Assembly: GCA_964270895.1 (NCBI GenBank)
Contig: OZ185437.1
Source: Podarcis filfolensis
Lineage: Eukaryota
DNA: 64,000 nucleotides
Reading direction: 5' to 3' (one strand)
Part shown: one piece after another, positions 36,957-50,500 of the stretch
Layout of the letters: each line of letters begins with the position of its first letter
Position numbering within the stretch: the stretch's first letter is position 1
The notes under the pieces: generated by a model
Database searches by the model: none
What the model was told of the DNA's origin: nothing
The model's input: only the letters and a program-made list of their open reading frames with translations
Translations under genes and position numbers: made by a program

Positions 36957-39900
36957 AGTATTACAAAACTTTTAAAACAAAAAATTTAAAACACTTTAAT
37001 AACAAATCATTCTTTCCATCCATGGATCAAACATACCATCCTGGTATTTTCAAAAAAACCAGGTCCATAACCATTATAATTCATATAAACCTTGTCTGCT
37101 GTTATTATGTTCATTTAGCAAGAGTATCAAGAAGTTACTGATTCCTGGGTCCATTACCAGAGCAGATTTAATTCTGTGCAAGAGCTTTCAATCCAAGCTT
37201 TCTGTGAGTGGAAAGCAGTGGGAACAGACAATTGTATCCATGGCAGCTGCTTAACAGTGCAATCCTTACAAAAACCCTGCCTTCTTGTGTCAAGCAAGAA
37301 GACAAATGGGAGATGGGTGAGTGGTTCACACCTCTCAAAAAATGGCTCCTCAGTCCTGCCTTCCAGAGGCAGAACCTAACCCACCTAGGAATGTCTGCCT
37401 CTCAGTGAAGGGAGAAAAATGACTTTATAAAAGGTGACAAGACTGACATTTCCTTGTTGATACTTTCTTAAAGAAAAGAAATTCTTCTCAAGTGAAAAAG
37501 TGGCATGAATCAGGTCAGAAATGGGCCCGCCATTTACACTATTTTGAAGCCAGCTGAAATAATACTGTGTTACTGTGATTTACAGTGATACACAGGCATG
37601 TTAACCAAATCAAGAACAGACTCTTTAGAAATTGTCCATCACAAAAACAAACTCTGACATATAGAACAAGTATGTAAAGCGGCCACCCTTCGACTTATAC
37701 AGCTGCACAAAATTGCAACCTGATTCCTAACACATATGCTAGGCACTCTATGTAAGTGACATGAGTGGGGTGGAAGGTAGAATGAACAGTTGGTTTGTGC
37801 TTCCTGTCCATCCCTCTTACTGGCATTTAAAAATAAAGCTCTATATATGTCACGTCAGTGAGTAGAAATGACAGATTGTATTAGCTAGTTGGTATAAATA
37901 ATGACACTGGAAATCTTTCTACTCACAATTTGCCATCCTTGAAAGAACGAACCAGAATGTTATCCTTTTTGACTGCAATTTCATCACTGCAGTCTGGACA
38001 AACCACCTGCATAAAAAGAAAGGAAATATTTAAAATATTTTATATCAATATTTGGTACCATTCTGAGATATTTCAATGAAGATACTTTTTGTTCATATTC
38101 TAGAGTCCAAAAAACTGGTCACAGAGGTGACTGACTGCCCCTGTCATGGATGCTCAGCACACATAAAAATCCTGCCCAGAGTTCTCTGAAAACTTCAGGG
38201 AACTTGTGTGAAGGCTGCCTTCCATTGTGCCATGCATGAAAAACAAGGCTTTGCTCCTCTCCAAGTGTTCTAACCTGTGCAGAGAATTCAGGGAAGGGGA
38301 GACAATGTTGTCTTATTTTGCAGTGGGCTTTGAAGAAACAGAAGCAACAAGGAGGACAGGACTTGCATTCAACCTTCTCTTTAAGTCCAGCACTGAGTGA
38401 GATAAAAGGCACACACACATTTGCCTGAGTCCTCTGTATACACAGAGGACTTGGGGGAGAGCCCTTTCATCTCATTTCCCACAGAGCTTCACAGAAAGAT
38501 GCGATGCTCCTTTCCACTGCTTCCTCAGTGTCTGGTGCAGAAGTGAGAGAAGGAGAAAGCCCCTTGCTGCCTATGCTTCTGAAAAGCCCAGCAGCACTTG
38601 AGATACCAATCTTTCCTCTCTTCAGAGTCTTCTAGGGGACGGTGGGTTAGTAAGGTAGGAAGAAATTTGTGGACCCCTATTCGCTACTGATTTCACAAAG
38701 AGTTTAAATTGCTCAGCAACTTCAGCCAAATATAATCACCTACATCATATGAATTAAGCCACTTGTTAAATTACCTTCCCTATTTAAAACTGGCACATTG
38801 CTTCTAAGATCTTTGATTTGCCTTATTTCAGTTTCTAAAAATGTGACCTTATGGTGCTTTTGGCTAAGTCACAATCTTCCATTAGAAGCACGAACCTAAT
38901 GCAACCTTCTTCTAGAACATTATCAAGTAATATTTCATGCTTCAGCCATTCTTTTATAATGGATGTGACATGTGCATTGCTTTTGAAAGCCAAAACAATA
39001 AATTAAAAATAATGATGATTTATTTAATGTCAACTGTACAGTTTAGGATCACATTTACAGTTCTGCAAATATTCATTAAAATTTATGAACAAGTTTTCTA
39101 TCTGCAACCACTTATATGCTTGTAATTAATGTGACATGATTTACACAATTTTGGGGGAGGGGGCATTTTATTTTTAAAATGTTAATATTCTCAAGTAAGT
39201 AAGTGTAAAAAGAATTCCATGCAGCAAAAGGATTGATAAAAACATTCCTGACTCTGGGTCAATCTAGTCTAGCCTGTTTTCCTAACCATGGCTAGCCAGA
39301 TGCTTCCAGGAAGCCCACAGGGAGGGGATGAAAAAAGTAGCCCACTGCTGCTGTTTCTCCCTAGCAACTGGTACACCACTTCAGAATACAGATCCAGCAA
39401 TCTGTATGTTTTGTAGCATAAAATAGGAACAATACAGCAGCTTTTGCCTTTGACCTTCTTATGCAATTGGAAGCTGAACTAATAGCATGGAAAATAATAG
39501 GGACCATAAAATAGGAAAAAAGAAAAGAAGCAGTTCTCTGTTTTACATTTTTTTTAAAAAATCTGCTTTACTGTATACAGACTGACTTGGCACTTATGTG
39601 TTATTAAACTGCACAGTTTTTACAATATATGCACTTTATGAAGTTACTGCCCTTAGTGTGCTCGAATGAACTGTAGATAGTATGACTATTCTGACCTTGT
39701 TTAACGTGGTGGTTTTAAATTATGAAAGAGGAATATCTCAAAGTGCAAAATATAATTTCTAGGTACTTTTCTCTCTCTTCAAAATAAAGCTATTAAACAA
39801 TATAAAATTGAAACACTTACCAAAGCTGGGAACCAGAGGTTTTTCTTTTTATCAGCACTAACGTAGTCTACACAAACAACTTTTCCTAACAGTTCATCAG

Positions 39901-41489
39901 TTTGTTTTCTGTCATCTTCATCTTCATCACTTGAGGATGAGGAAGATTCTTCTTCTGGGCTATAAGGAAAAGAACTCCAAGTTAAATTGTGCTATAGAGT
40001 TCAGAATTTTGATTAGGGTCAAACTACGAATGAACTTTAGCTTGAATTTTGGGAAGTGGGGACTGCTATAGGGTCCATCCCTTTCACTCTCTCTTTTCGT
40101 TCTTTCCACCCCAACAGTGGTGGTACAGTGATAGCAGTCTCCCAGGGGCGTGAAAGTAGTATTCCATGCTTGTAGCCACCATGTTCCTCATAATGCCCTT
40201 GGAATGACACTACATCACATAGTATTATTCTGAGGGGAATTGCGAGCAAGTTAACAAATGGTAGCCACCAGTTTTTAAATCCCCATGTGAAGGACGAATT
40301 CACATATGATGGTCAGCCTTCTAGTGACTCAGAAACCAATCAGGGCTGGGTGGATTGTCATCCAATCAGGGGAGAGGAGCAAGTTAATAGTTAGAGCCTG
40401 ACAGTTTAACTGGATAACCATTTGAGGCAAGTAACTGGACAAAATACATATGTCATAATTATTGGAAATAAAGGGATAAGTCTTGTTGCCAAAGCTATGC
40501 AAGTCTCACTAAGAATCCTGATACAAACAAAGTAGCAAGTGAAAGAAAAACCTGTTGATTTCAAGCTGTATTAAAACCAACTACAAATACATTGTGTCTG
40601 CAAATGATAGGAGAGTACAGACGAAACAAAACTTTAAACAGTACTATTAACAAAAACCAAGATTAGTCAAGAATAAGCCATTATCGAAGTGCTTGTATTC
40701 ACCGTGCACTTGGCAAGGATTCTTCGGTGGAAAGGTTTTTGGTACATCTTTGCAACTTTTTGAAAAAAGATACAAACAGTGTTTTGCCATATGCAAACAC
40801 ACACAAAAAGAAATATATAATCTAATATAGGTGCTTCATTACAGTTGCATTTATGTCTCTATTTCAATGTTTGATCTGCTGAGTTAAAATTCAGAGAACA
40901 GCATCTCTGTCACCTGTGCCCCCCATAACATAAATCCATAACATGGTATCAATGACTACCCCCACTTTTTTTCTGAATGTGCGCAACGCCCGCCATATAG
41001 TATACAACAAAAAATATTTGAATAAAGAACAGCAGCAAGATCCAATACCCATATTCAGTAATAGAAGCAAGCATGGCAGACTTGAGTAGCCTCTGTTCAA
41101 CCCACTACTAAATACAAGGGGAAAGTTGTACTTACACCAGGAGTTCAAGGCTGATTCTACCTTACAACTACCAGCACATGAAGCCAACCTCCAAAAATAA
41201 CGAACAGTCGATTCAGGACTGTCTAAAAAGTACCTCCTTATATAGACATATCTTACTTATGACTGGGCATTCACTGCCACAATATCTAATGATGGCCACT
41301 GGCTTAGTTTTAAAGTGAGTAACTCATGCAAGATCTTTTTACTAATGGCCAAACTTCTAGGTTCAGAAGCAGTATGCCTCTGAGTACTAGTCACTAGGAA
41401 TCAGAAAAATAGTTTTGTTGTGTTTATGCCCTTTTTGTGTGTTACCCTGAAGCACCTTATTGTCCACTGTGGGAAAAAGGATGATGATG

Positions 41490-41543
<54 letters not shown>

Positions 41544-44500
41544 GAAGATGGGGACTTCTGGGTTAGCGCCAACGACAAATGGCGGAGTTCCTCCGACTGG
41601 AGGAACGGGCTCCATGGAAATTGGGTCTTCCCGCCGCGGCGAAGGCGGGGGCCCGCTAGAAATCCCAGGCGGAGAAGCCTGGGAACTTGGGGTTCGGCAG
41701 AGCACCAAGAGCGCCTCCCCTACTCACGAGGAACCCCCTTTCCGGGGCTCCGGAGTGAAGTGATGAGTTTAAATCAAATTGACGGCAACCATTGGGCTAG
41801 AGTTCTGTGAAGATTGCCAAAGGAGGGAGTCAGGCTGTGCCCTCACCAAAGGCCTGGTGGAACAGCTCTGTCTTGCAGGCCCTGAGGAAAGATGTCAAGT
41901 CCCGCAGGGCCCTAGTATCTTGTGACAGAGCGTTCCACCAGATTGGAGCCGCAGCCGAAAAAGCCCTGGCTCTGGTTGAGGCCAGCCTAACCTCTCTGTG
42001 GCCTGGGACCTTCAGGATGTTTTTGTTTGAAGACCGTAAGTTCCTCTGTGGGACATACCAGGAGAGGCGGTCCCGTAGGTACGAGGGTCCTAGGCCGTAT
42101 AGGGCTTTAAAGGTTAAAACCAGCACCTTAAACCTGATCCTGCACCCCACCGGGAGCCAGTGCAGCTGGTATAGCACCGGGTGAATGTGATCTCGCAGCG
42201 AAGACCCCATAAGGAGTCTCGCCGCGGCATTCTGCACCCGCTGGAGTTTCTGGGTCAGTCTCAAGATAGGCCTTTACTCTAACCCAGTAAGATTCTTCTT
42301 ATGTCACTCTAAGATACAGTGGGCCAGCTGTGGCCTTGTCCCACGCCACTAACAAATTTGTCTGTGGTTTTTTTAATAGCCCTTATGTCCTGCTTCCAAT
42401 ACACATTGGGCCACGTAACAGCACTTTCAGTTTAAATTATGCGATACATTTCTACCAACTTCAAACCACCTGCTGAAAATTAAGATAATAACAAATCAAC
42501 AAACAATTGCAAACAAAAACAACTTACATGTGATTAGATCTCCTTCCTCTATTTGTTTTCTTTCCTATGACAGGAGTCCCAAAATGTTCAGGGTTGGTAA
42601 GTGGGAGCTGATCTAGTGTCTGTTGAAAAATACATTACATTTATCACCATTTGAACTGACCCAGGAATTTTCATCAACAAAGTATGTCTGAATATTAATG
42701 AATGCATTACACAGCACTGAAAACTGCAATTAAATTAAATTGAAAAGTGATCTTCTGGAGTAGGCAATGACTCGGATTATACGTAATGCTAAACCACAGT
42801 TTAGTGCTATATGGACAGGACTCCGATAGCTTGAGAGAAATGCTTCCACATTTTCCTCCTGCACAGTCAGGAGGAGGACTTCTGCAGAGAGTAGGGTGTT
42901 CCCCACCGCCAACCAATTTTGGTTTAGCATAATATATAAAATAATGAATTCTAGTTTAGAACAAACAGTAACTAATTAACTGCCAAACAAGCCAACAAGC
43001 CATGGATTTATTGAGACTGACCAGAATATGTTGTAACCCAAGATTCCTGGCCCAGACATAATGCTAAGCCAAGATTCTTTGAAAGTGAAACTACACTTGG
43101 CAAAAGTTCTCATGCAGCAGAAGAAGAGACAAACACACAAGAAGTCTAAACGGAGCATTTGGATGTTAGGCAATTCCAACAAAATTTTGAAAGTGCTTTC
43201 CATAGCACTAGCCTTTTACAAGGTTTTCTCTTTTTTTTAAGTAAATTTTCATTTATGAGTTGCTAGGCAACATACAACAGCAAAAGAAACAAAATTATAA
43301 ACGAAGCAATTCAATTATAAAACAATAAAACCAGCCCAGCCATACTTCAGCAATCAGATCCAGTCATAAAATCCAACTCAGCATAAAACAGATGTAAACC
43401 AGCCACCAGCAACTAATTCAATTAGCATATTGACAAGATTCATCCCCAACAAAAGCTAAAACTGACCAAACTATCATCTCTCTGCAGTGACTGGAAGAAA
43501 TGATAAATAACAAATAATAAATGCTGCTATAAGGCCTGGGAGAATAGAAAAGTTTTTGCCTGGAGCCAAAAGGACATTAATGTAGGTATCAAGTGAGGCT
43601 CTCTAGGAAGAGCATGCCAGAGATTGGAAGGAGCAGTACTGAACAATATACTCTGCCTATCAAAATACCTAACATTTGGGCACAAATGTGTAAGTACAGT
43701 CATTCCTGTTTTCTCTCCCCCACACCCTCTATTTAACTTTTGATTCTACAGAACCAAGATATAGTACTCTCAATGGCATCAGCTGCCCTCTGCAGTAGGA
43801 TGAAGAACCATCAAGAAGGAATAATTAGAAAGCAAATAAGAGCAGTGTTGTAGGGATACATTGCACCTAGGGATCCATCTTGGAGAAATTTTAAAATATC
43901 TGCTTCTCACTATGCTAAATAACAACAACATCCTTTTTTTAAATCACTCTTGCAGCAGAAATTCCAAAATATGGCATAAACAGCATTGAATTAGAGTCTG
44001 GGAATAGATTAAGGGCTACACTCATATCCACTCACCTGGAAGTAAGGCTCATTGAACTCAATGGGACTTACTCTTGAGTACACATGTATAAGATTGCACT
44101 GTGAAGAGCAACAGTTCTCAGTTGCTTATGCATTTTTTGTTTTTCTGGAGAGGTAGCCACACATGTTAGCAATTTTCAGTTGCAAATTCATAGACTCTGG
44201 AGTTACTTACCAGGTTACCATGGTGTAGAATGGTTTACACAAACACATCAAAGTGTAGAGAGACTATAGCTTAAGAAGTTAACCAGAAATTAACTTCTCT
44301 CTTGAAAGAGCAGTAAATATTATATACGTTTTCACAGCTAATCAAATGCTTGGGTTCCCTGTTATAGAATTTATTTGTCCTGTGGACATGCTGATGTTAG
44401 CTATTTGTTTTTAGTCTGATTTACATAAGCATGCTTGTATACATTTAACATACACATTATCATCACTGAAAGCAAACCTATTTAAGCATATTTTGTGTTA

Positions 44501-47500
44501 AAATTTGTATTGTACAAATGGCCCATCTTCTCTGCTCCACCTTCCATTCTACAAAAAACTAATCTGGGAGTAAAAGGTATTTTGGCTTAAGCCATGCTAG
44601 CATGAGCTTATGACTTCAACAGCAAGGTCTCCTTGATAAGCAGTAATGATTTCTTAGACTCACATCATGATCCATTATTTTCAGAAAGCCATGTTACTAC
44701 ATTCCTTTAATTGGTGGGATAACATGCCAGATTCCTTCAACATAACTAAATAAAATTCAGAATAGCATGGATCTACAAAAAGAAGCTAATTCTCATTTAA
44801 TCAGAAATACTTACTTCACTTTCAGCAAAATGTCTCTCTCCTTTCAGGCAAAGCGAAGAACGTCTAAGAGTTTTTTCATCTCCATCATCAAATACTGTTA
44901 CCAAACGTAAAAAGGAAACACAAATTATTAATCTATTTGTCCAATTACAATTAAAAACAAGCAAATCTTGTCTTATCAACTTAAAGTTGATTCAGTAGAG
45001 ACCAAGTACAATTTAAGTCCTATTCACTTAAACAGTAACTAAGAATTAACTATTCCTAAATGTGCTTTGGCATCTACCCAAAGTATGACAGGAATATATT
45101 GAACAGAGTGTACAAATTTAAAAAATGTGTCTGTGCATGTGTATATATAATTTTTAATTGTATGTTTAATGAAACCAACCCCTATGCAAGGCATAATACT
45201 CTTAAGAGGATTGATCAGTGATAAACTGATGAAGGCCAAGCTATTTATTAAAGTAAATCAACAAAGAAGGCATTCTCTTTCACTTTTAAATAGGTTTTGC
45301 ACATTACTATAAATTCATTGCAATCTATCAGGCATAATTTATGAACTTTCTAAGGACTCAACCATTAGTTATTCGTATAACCAATTGTAGTAGCAGAGCT
45401 TAAAATAATTATTAGCCTATATTTTTGTGTCATCTGGCAATATCTTTTATAGAATTCAAATTAAGTGACCAGGATCCAAAGGACTACGATTCACAGGCTT
45501 TTCTGCTCCCTTACTACAATCCTTTCCCCAAAAGCAACTCATGAAAGGTCAAGGGATCCCCTGGAGCACAATTTGACAAGTGGATGCATCCAGGAAAGAT
45601 CAGCATCCTGCCTATTTGTGGACAAAAGCACTTTCTGCTCATCCAACAAATTCCCAACCAATATTTATATCATGCACTTAGACAGTACTCTAAGAGCACA
45701 TTCTTCTAAATGACTTGTCAACTTGAAACTGCAATTCCAATTTATAAGATTACAGCATCCAAAATCAAGCCAATGCTCCGTGGAGCCCATAATCCTATTA
45801 TTTAAACTGGTGTCTAAATACTTCTCTATTTTTAATACATCCTTAAAGGGAGTTACTGAAGTGTAAAGTGTAGGTGACACAAAATATCACTAATTTATAT
45901 AAATGCACTATACTTAACATGTTTCTGCATTTTCTACTGTCTTAATGCATTCTGTTTACAAGGTTGACATGTATAACACACTGAACAGATATTTCATAAC
46001 TTGTCCTTGAATAATAGCTGCCTAGACAAAATCAGATTTTGAGAAGAAGAAAAATAAAAATTCTCTTTTCAATGTCCATCACTAATAATAATTCCCCATA
46101 TTAGTCAGTCAAAGCATTAAGATGTACTTTGGCATTCAATAGTTCATTATTAACAAAATGTTAATAATGGGAAACATTTCATATGAAACTCTTGTAATCT
46201 TAATTTTTTTTGCAATTTTGTACTCTAGGGAATTAAGCTGTGTAGGTATTTTTCTTCTTGAGAGTTTTGCAAAGCAGAGTCTGGAGATGGCTCAGTAAGG
46301 GACAATATTCCAATTTATCAATAAAATACTCAAGAGCTTATTTGTGTGTTGCATTATCTTTTTGCAGACATGTATATCAGCGAATAGTATCTGCTAGGTC
46401 TAGAGATTGTTTCCCTTCTAGGTATTGAGGGTCCCTTTTTTGTGTACCACAGACTAATTTTGATCAAGGGCCCCCCTTCTCTTGATGCAGACCTTGAGTG
46501 CCCATCTTGATCAGGAGATGATGTGCCTGTAGAAGGTGAGAGAAGTAGAGCAAAGCCAATCCAATCAGCTTGACTTCCAGAAGGTTTTATACTCCTGAGA
46601 TTATGTTCCTCTGAGATCCTCTGGTGATCACAAAATCAATGCTTCCTTGTAGTGGGCCTCCCATGTGCTCAGATCAGCATTTGTAGTTTAGATGACCCAA
46701 CTGGATTTCTGGATGAGAAGCTCTATATCAAGAGTAACCCTGAAGTCCACCAACCTAACAATTTTTCTACCTTGAGTGGAACTGAGATCTCTGAGTTAAG
46801 GCTACTATTATTGTTGGTAAGAAGACCTGCCATCAGCCTTATGCAGACAATTAAGAAAGGATATTCTGCAACAGTTAGCTGATGATCTCCAATTTCAAAT
46901 TTTTACATGCTTCTTATTGCATATTTGAATAGTTGTTATAAACTGTATAGATGATGTAAGTCCAGTCAGTAAGGAGCACAGGGTCTTTATGCAGTATCTG
47001 CACTTCTGCAGATGACGAGGGGTTCTTTGGAAGTCCAAAATTTAATGTGTTTCCCTTTTCCTGAATATAACCCCCTGTACTTTGCTTTAGTGAGATGCTA
47101 GCTTAATGTCTTTAATGGAGGAAATCCTGAGGTGATCCTCTGATATTTGGACAATGGACAGGAAAGAACTTCTTAAATTTCAGGGCATGACATTCTCCAC
47201 TGTTTTCAGAACCCTTCCAAACATTTGAGAATCTCTACAGTAATCTCCAACCGTGATTTGGGCTTGTGCTGCCACTGCCATCTTGGCTTAGAGTACTTGG
47301 AGGGCTGCTTTTAGAGGAACTTAGGACTGAAGTTGTTTGGAGTCTCCTCCACTTTGAGATTGACACAGACTTTTTCTTGTCCTTAGTTTTAATTAGTCCA
47401 GCTTCTAGAGAATCTTCAAATACATTTTCTTTCTTGGTCTTGTCTCCCCAGTTACATAGCTGGAGGATTTTATCTGGCTTGCATGCTGGAGGCCTCTGGA

Positions 47501-50500
47501 GATCCTCACATGCTAGTTAACCATCTCCACTGGGGGAGAGAACTGGCCAGGTACTTATTTATGGTAGAAATGCAGCCTCTAAACAGGGCTTTTACAAATC
47601 CATTCACCTGGGTAATTATGGTGACAGGCCTTCTCTTCTTTGGTAAATGGGAGGGTGCTTTTAATTTGTTTACTATTGTTTGAAATGTTGAAATCAAACT
47701 AAAAAAGATGTGTGGAGACAGAGGAAGCCAAGCCAGTCCCCCTGTGGGAGAATGCTTGCTCTGTTATCCTATGCATACTAATCCACTGGAGCAAGAAGGA
47801 TTGTAGCCTAAAGAGACTGCTGGTGAACATGGAGGGTACAGCTTGATCTTCCCTTTCAATCTTCGGCCTTTTTGCATTCACTCAGTTCTAACATTTCAAA
47901 CTCTTTTGAACTGCATAAGACTAAATACCAAAAAGTAATAGAAACAGAAAATAAGAGTGAGGAATAGCATCAACAGATGCTGGGTATTTCTTTCCTTTTC
48001 TTTGGAGGGGTTACTATTTCAGACCAAAAATTAGTCTATGTTTGCACATATTTCTAAGCCATAAGGTTTGGTCGATTAAACAATACTGTGAATGGGGTGC
48101 ATGCTCATGCATACATGCATATAGCGTGTTCCCATTTTGCCTTTCCCTTCCACAAGTGGATAAACAAACCAACAGGCTGTATTATATTCATTTATTATTG
48201 CATGCATTCATTGCTTTATACAAATATAATGAAATGCAAACAAATAAAATCAATTAAAAGCCAAATTTAGGCTTGGTCAGTGTAAAATCTACACCTGGAA
48301 TCATGGTGTGTTTCAGCCAGACAAAACAATTAACTTGAAGGCCATGCTTTGTTGTTGGCATAGCAATCATGGTTTGCTGAGTGAAACAAACCACAACCCC
48401 AGGTTTGTATGTACCTCTAAGCTTGACTGTTTGCGCTTTGTTTATCTACTGTAGAAAGAAGGAGTGAAATGGGAACACTAGGGATGTGTGCACTAGCACA
48501 CAGCTCATGCCTGATTTGTGTGCAAAAGCAGCCTTTGTAATATTGTTTGCATTTTTTATTAAAAGCAAAAGGCTGCACTTCTTACTGAAAAGTCTTTGTT
48601 AAACAAATGCTGAATGTATGCATGTTTACTCAAAACTAAGAAGTAAGTTCAAGTGGAGCTCACTCTCAAATAAGTACACTTTGCATTGCAGTCTTAAAAT
48701 CAAATTTGTAAGCTAGAAGCTAGGCAGTGTTTTACAGGAGAAAGATCTACTGGATTTTTCCTATCCCGCCCTCCATGAATCTGAAAACTTTACTCATAAA
48801 AAAATAAATAAAGGAACAAGGCTTATGGAAATATTAATTAACTCTGGAAATGCATGCAAGTAAGTTTTGTATCTTGAGAAATGTTATCTTTTCTTAGTAG
48901 GCATCAATATTAAAGTGATACATATTTGTCATGAAGGCTGTTGGAGGAGGAAACAAATCATCATTCTGAAGGCCCTGAATGAGCTTACCAACTAGAACTA
49001 TAGTTTCATCATTAATTCTAATTTAATATCAACTCCAAAAATGTAGCTCGGAAAAACCTGCATCTAAGAAGTAGGCGCACTGTGATTTCTCATGCTAAGT
49101 CCTTAGTCTTTTTTAAGGTACCACAGGACTCATTGAAAATCAAATGGTCCCTTTTTCTTGCCCCCTTTTTCTTAGATGGAAAATTAACACAAACATGTTA
49201 TTAGTCAAATTCTACACTTTCACCACATGTTGTTGTTGTAACAGAAAACTGCAGTATAAATACTATTCAATATTACAGATTTGTATAAAACTTATGTATT
49301 TTTGTGTGGCAGGGAACACTCTTAAAATTTCAAAAGGTGGGGGAAACCCTTTCAAACGTTGTTGAATAATCTCAAACTAAAACTAACCCCCCACCAATTT
49401 GCATAAATCTGCATTATTCTATTTTCTTCTGCCACATTTTCTTCATTTTCCCCATTCCCATCTCCATGCCTACTGCCTGTTGTTGTCAAGCAGCAAGTCC
49501 AAGAATATTCTTAAGAAGCCATATATAGATTTCAATTAAAGTGATAATTTTGAGAGTAAGAAAACACTCACTAAATATAAAAAACAAGAACTCAATTCCA
49601 CTACTTATTATGGAAGAAAAAACACATATTTTTCCTGACCTGTAATTTTTGGATTGGTGAAAAATGGAGTTGTTTTTCCTTACCTACAGTGTACCAACTA
49701 GCATCTGTTAATTTGTTGATGACAGCCTCCTGATATGTTCCATCTGGATTCCTTACTTCCACCACAGTTCCTACCTAAAACATAAAAGCCACTTAGGTAA
49801 TCTCCAAGGCAATAATTAGAAAATATTGAACATTTCATTTTTCATTCTTTTAAATTCAGTTTCTGCTCTCAAAAACCAATCTACACATGTAGTGTGTGTG
49901 GCTGCATTTCGGGAGAAGGAGAAATCTGAAAATCACGTCCATCTTCACACAAGGCTTTGTAACATGCCTCTGAGGCAATCTAATGTATGTCAGGTTTTAC
50001 TTTTCAGACTTCAAACTATATATCTATTTGTACCAAGAGGGTGCCTTTTAGAACTACTTAATAGGATTATTCCACAAGTGAATTTTTTCCCCACTCAAAC
50101 CAAGAAAGCTGTAAATATCAGAACATGCAATGTATAAAATTATATGAAGGCATTTTTTTTAAAAAAATGACAAAATATGTTCCATGATGAAGATTCAAAG
50201 AGAACTGTGTGCAAAGAGATAGGCAAATGGGGCAGATGGTCGGTTTTCTTTTCTGGCTGCAGCCCTTCCTGTTACACTGGCCAGGGATGATGGAAGTTGG
50301 ACTTCAGGGGAAAAAAATGAGAGGACCAAAGGTTGCCCACACCTGCTATGGAGGTTGATGATCTCCTGACCTTCAGGAGTACCTGGGCAGGGGAGATGAA
50401 CAGCCATGGTGCACTCACAATACACTTTGGATCCTGGCCTACAGAAGTTGTAGTTTTGAAATTCTCCTCCAGATGTTATCTTATACCTTTAAATATAACT

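Noticed and set aside
41387-41810. Poly-Ile / poly-Tyr ORFs
   Set aside because: Translation of the (AAT)n microsatellite plus adjacent TE sequence
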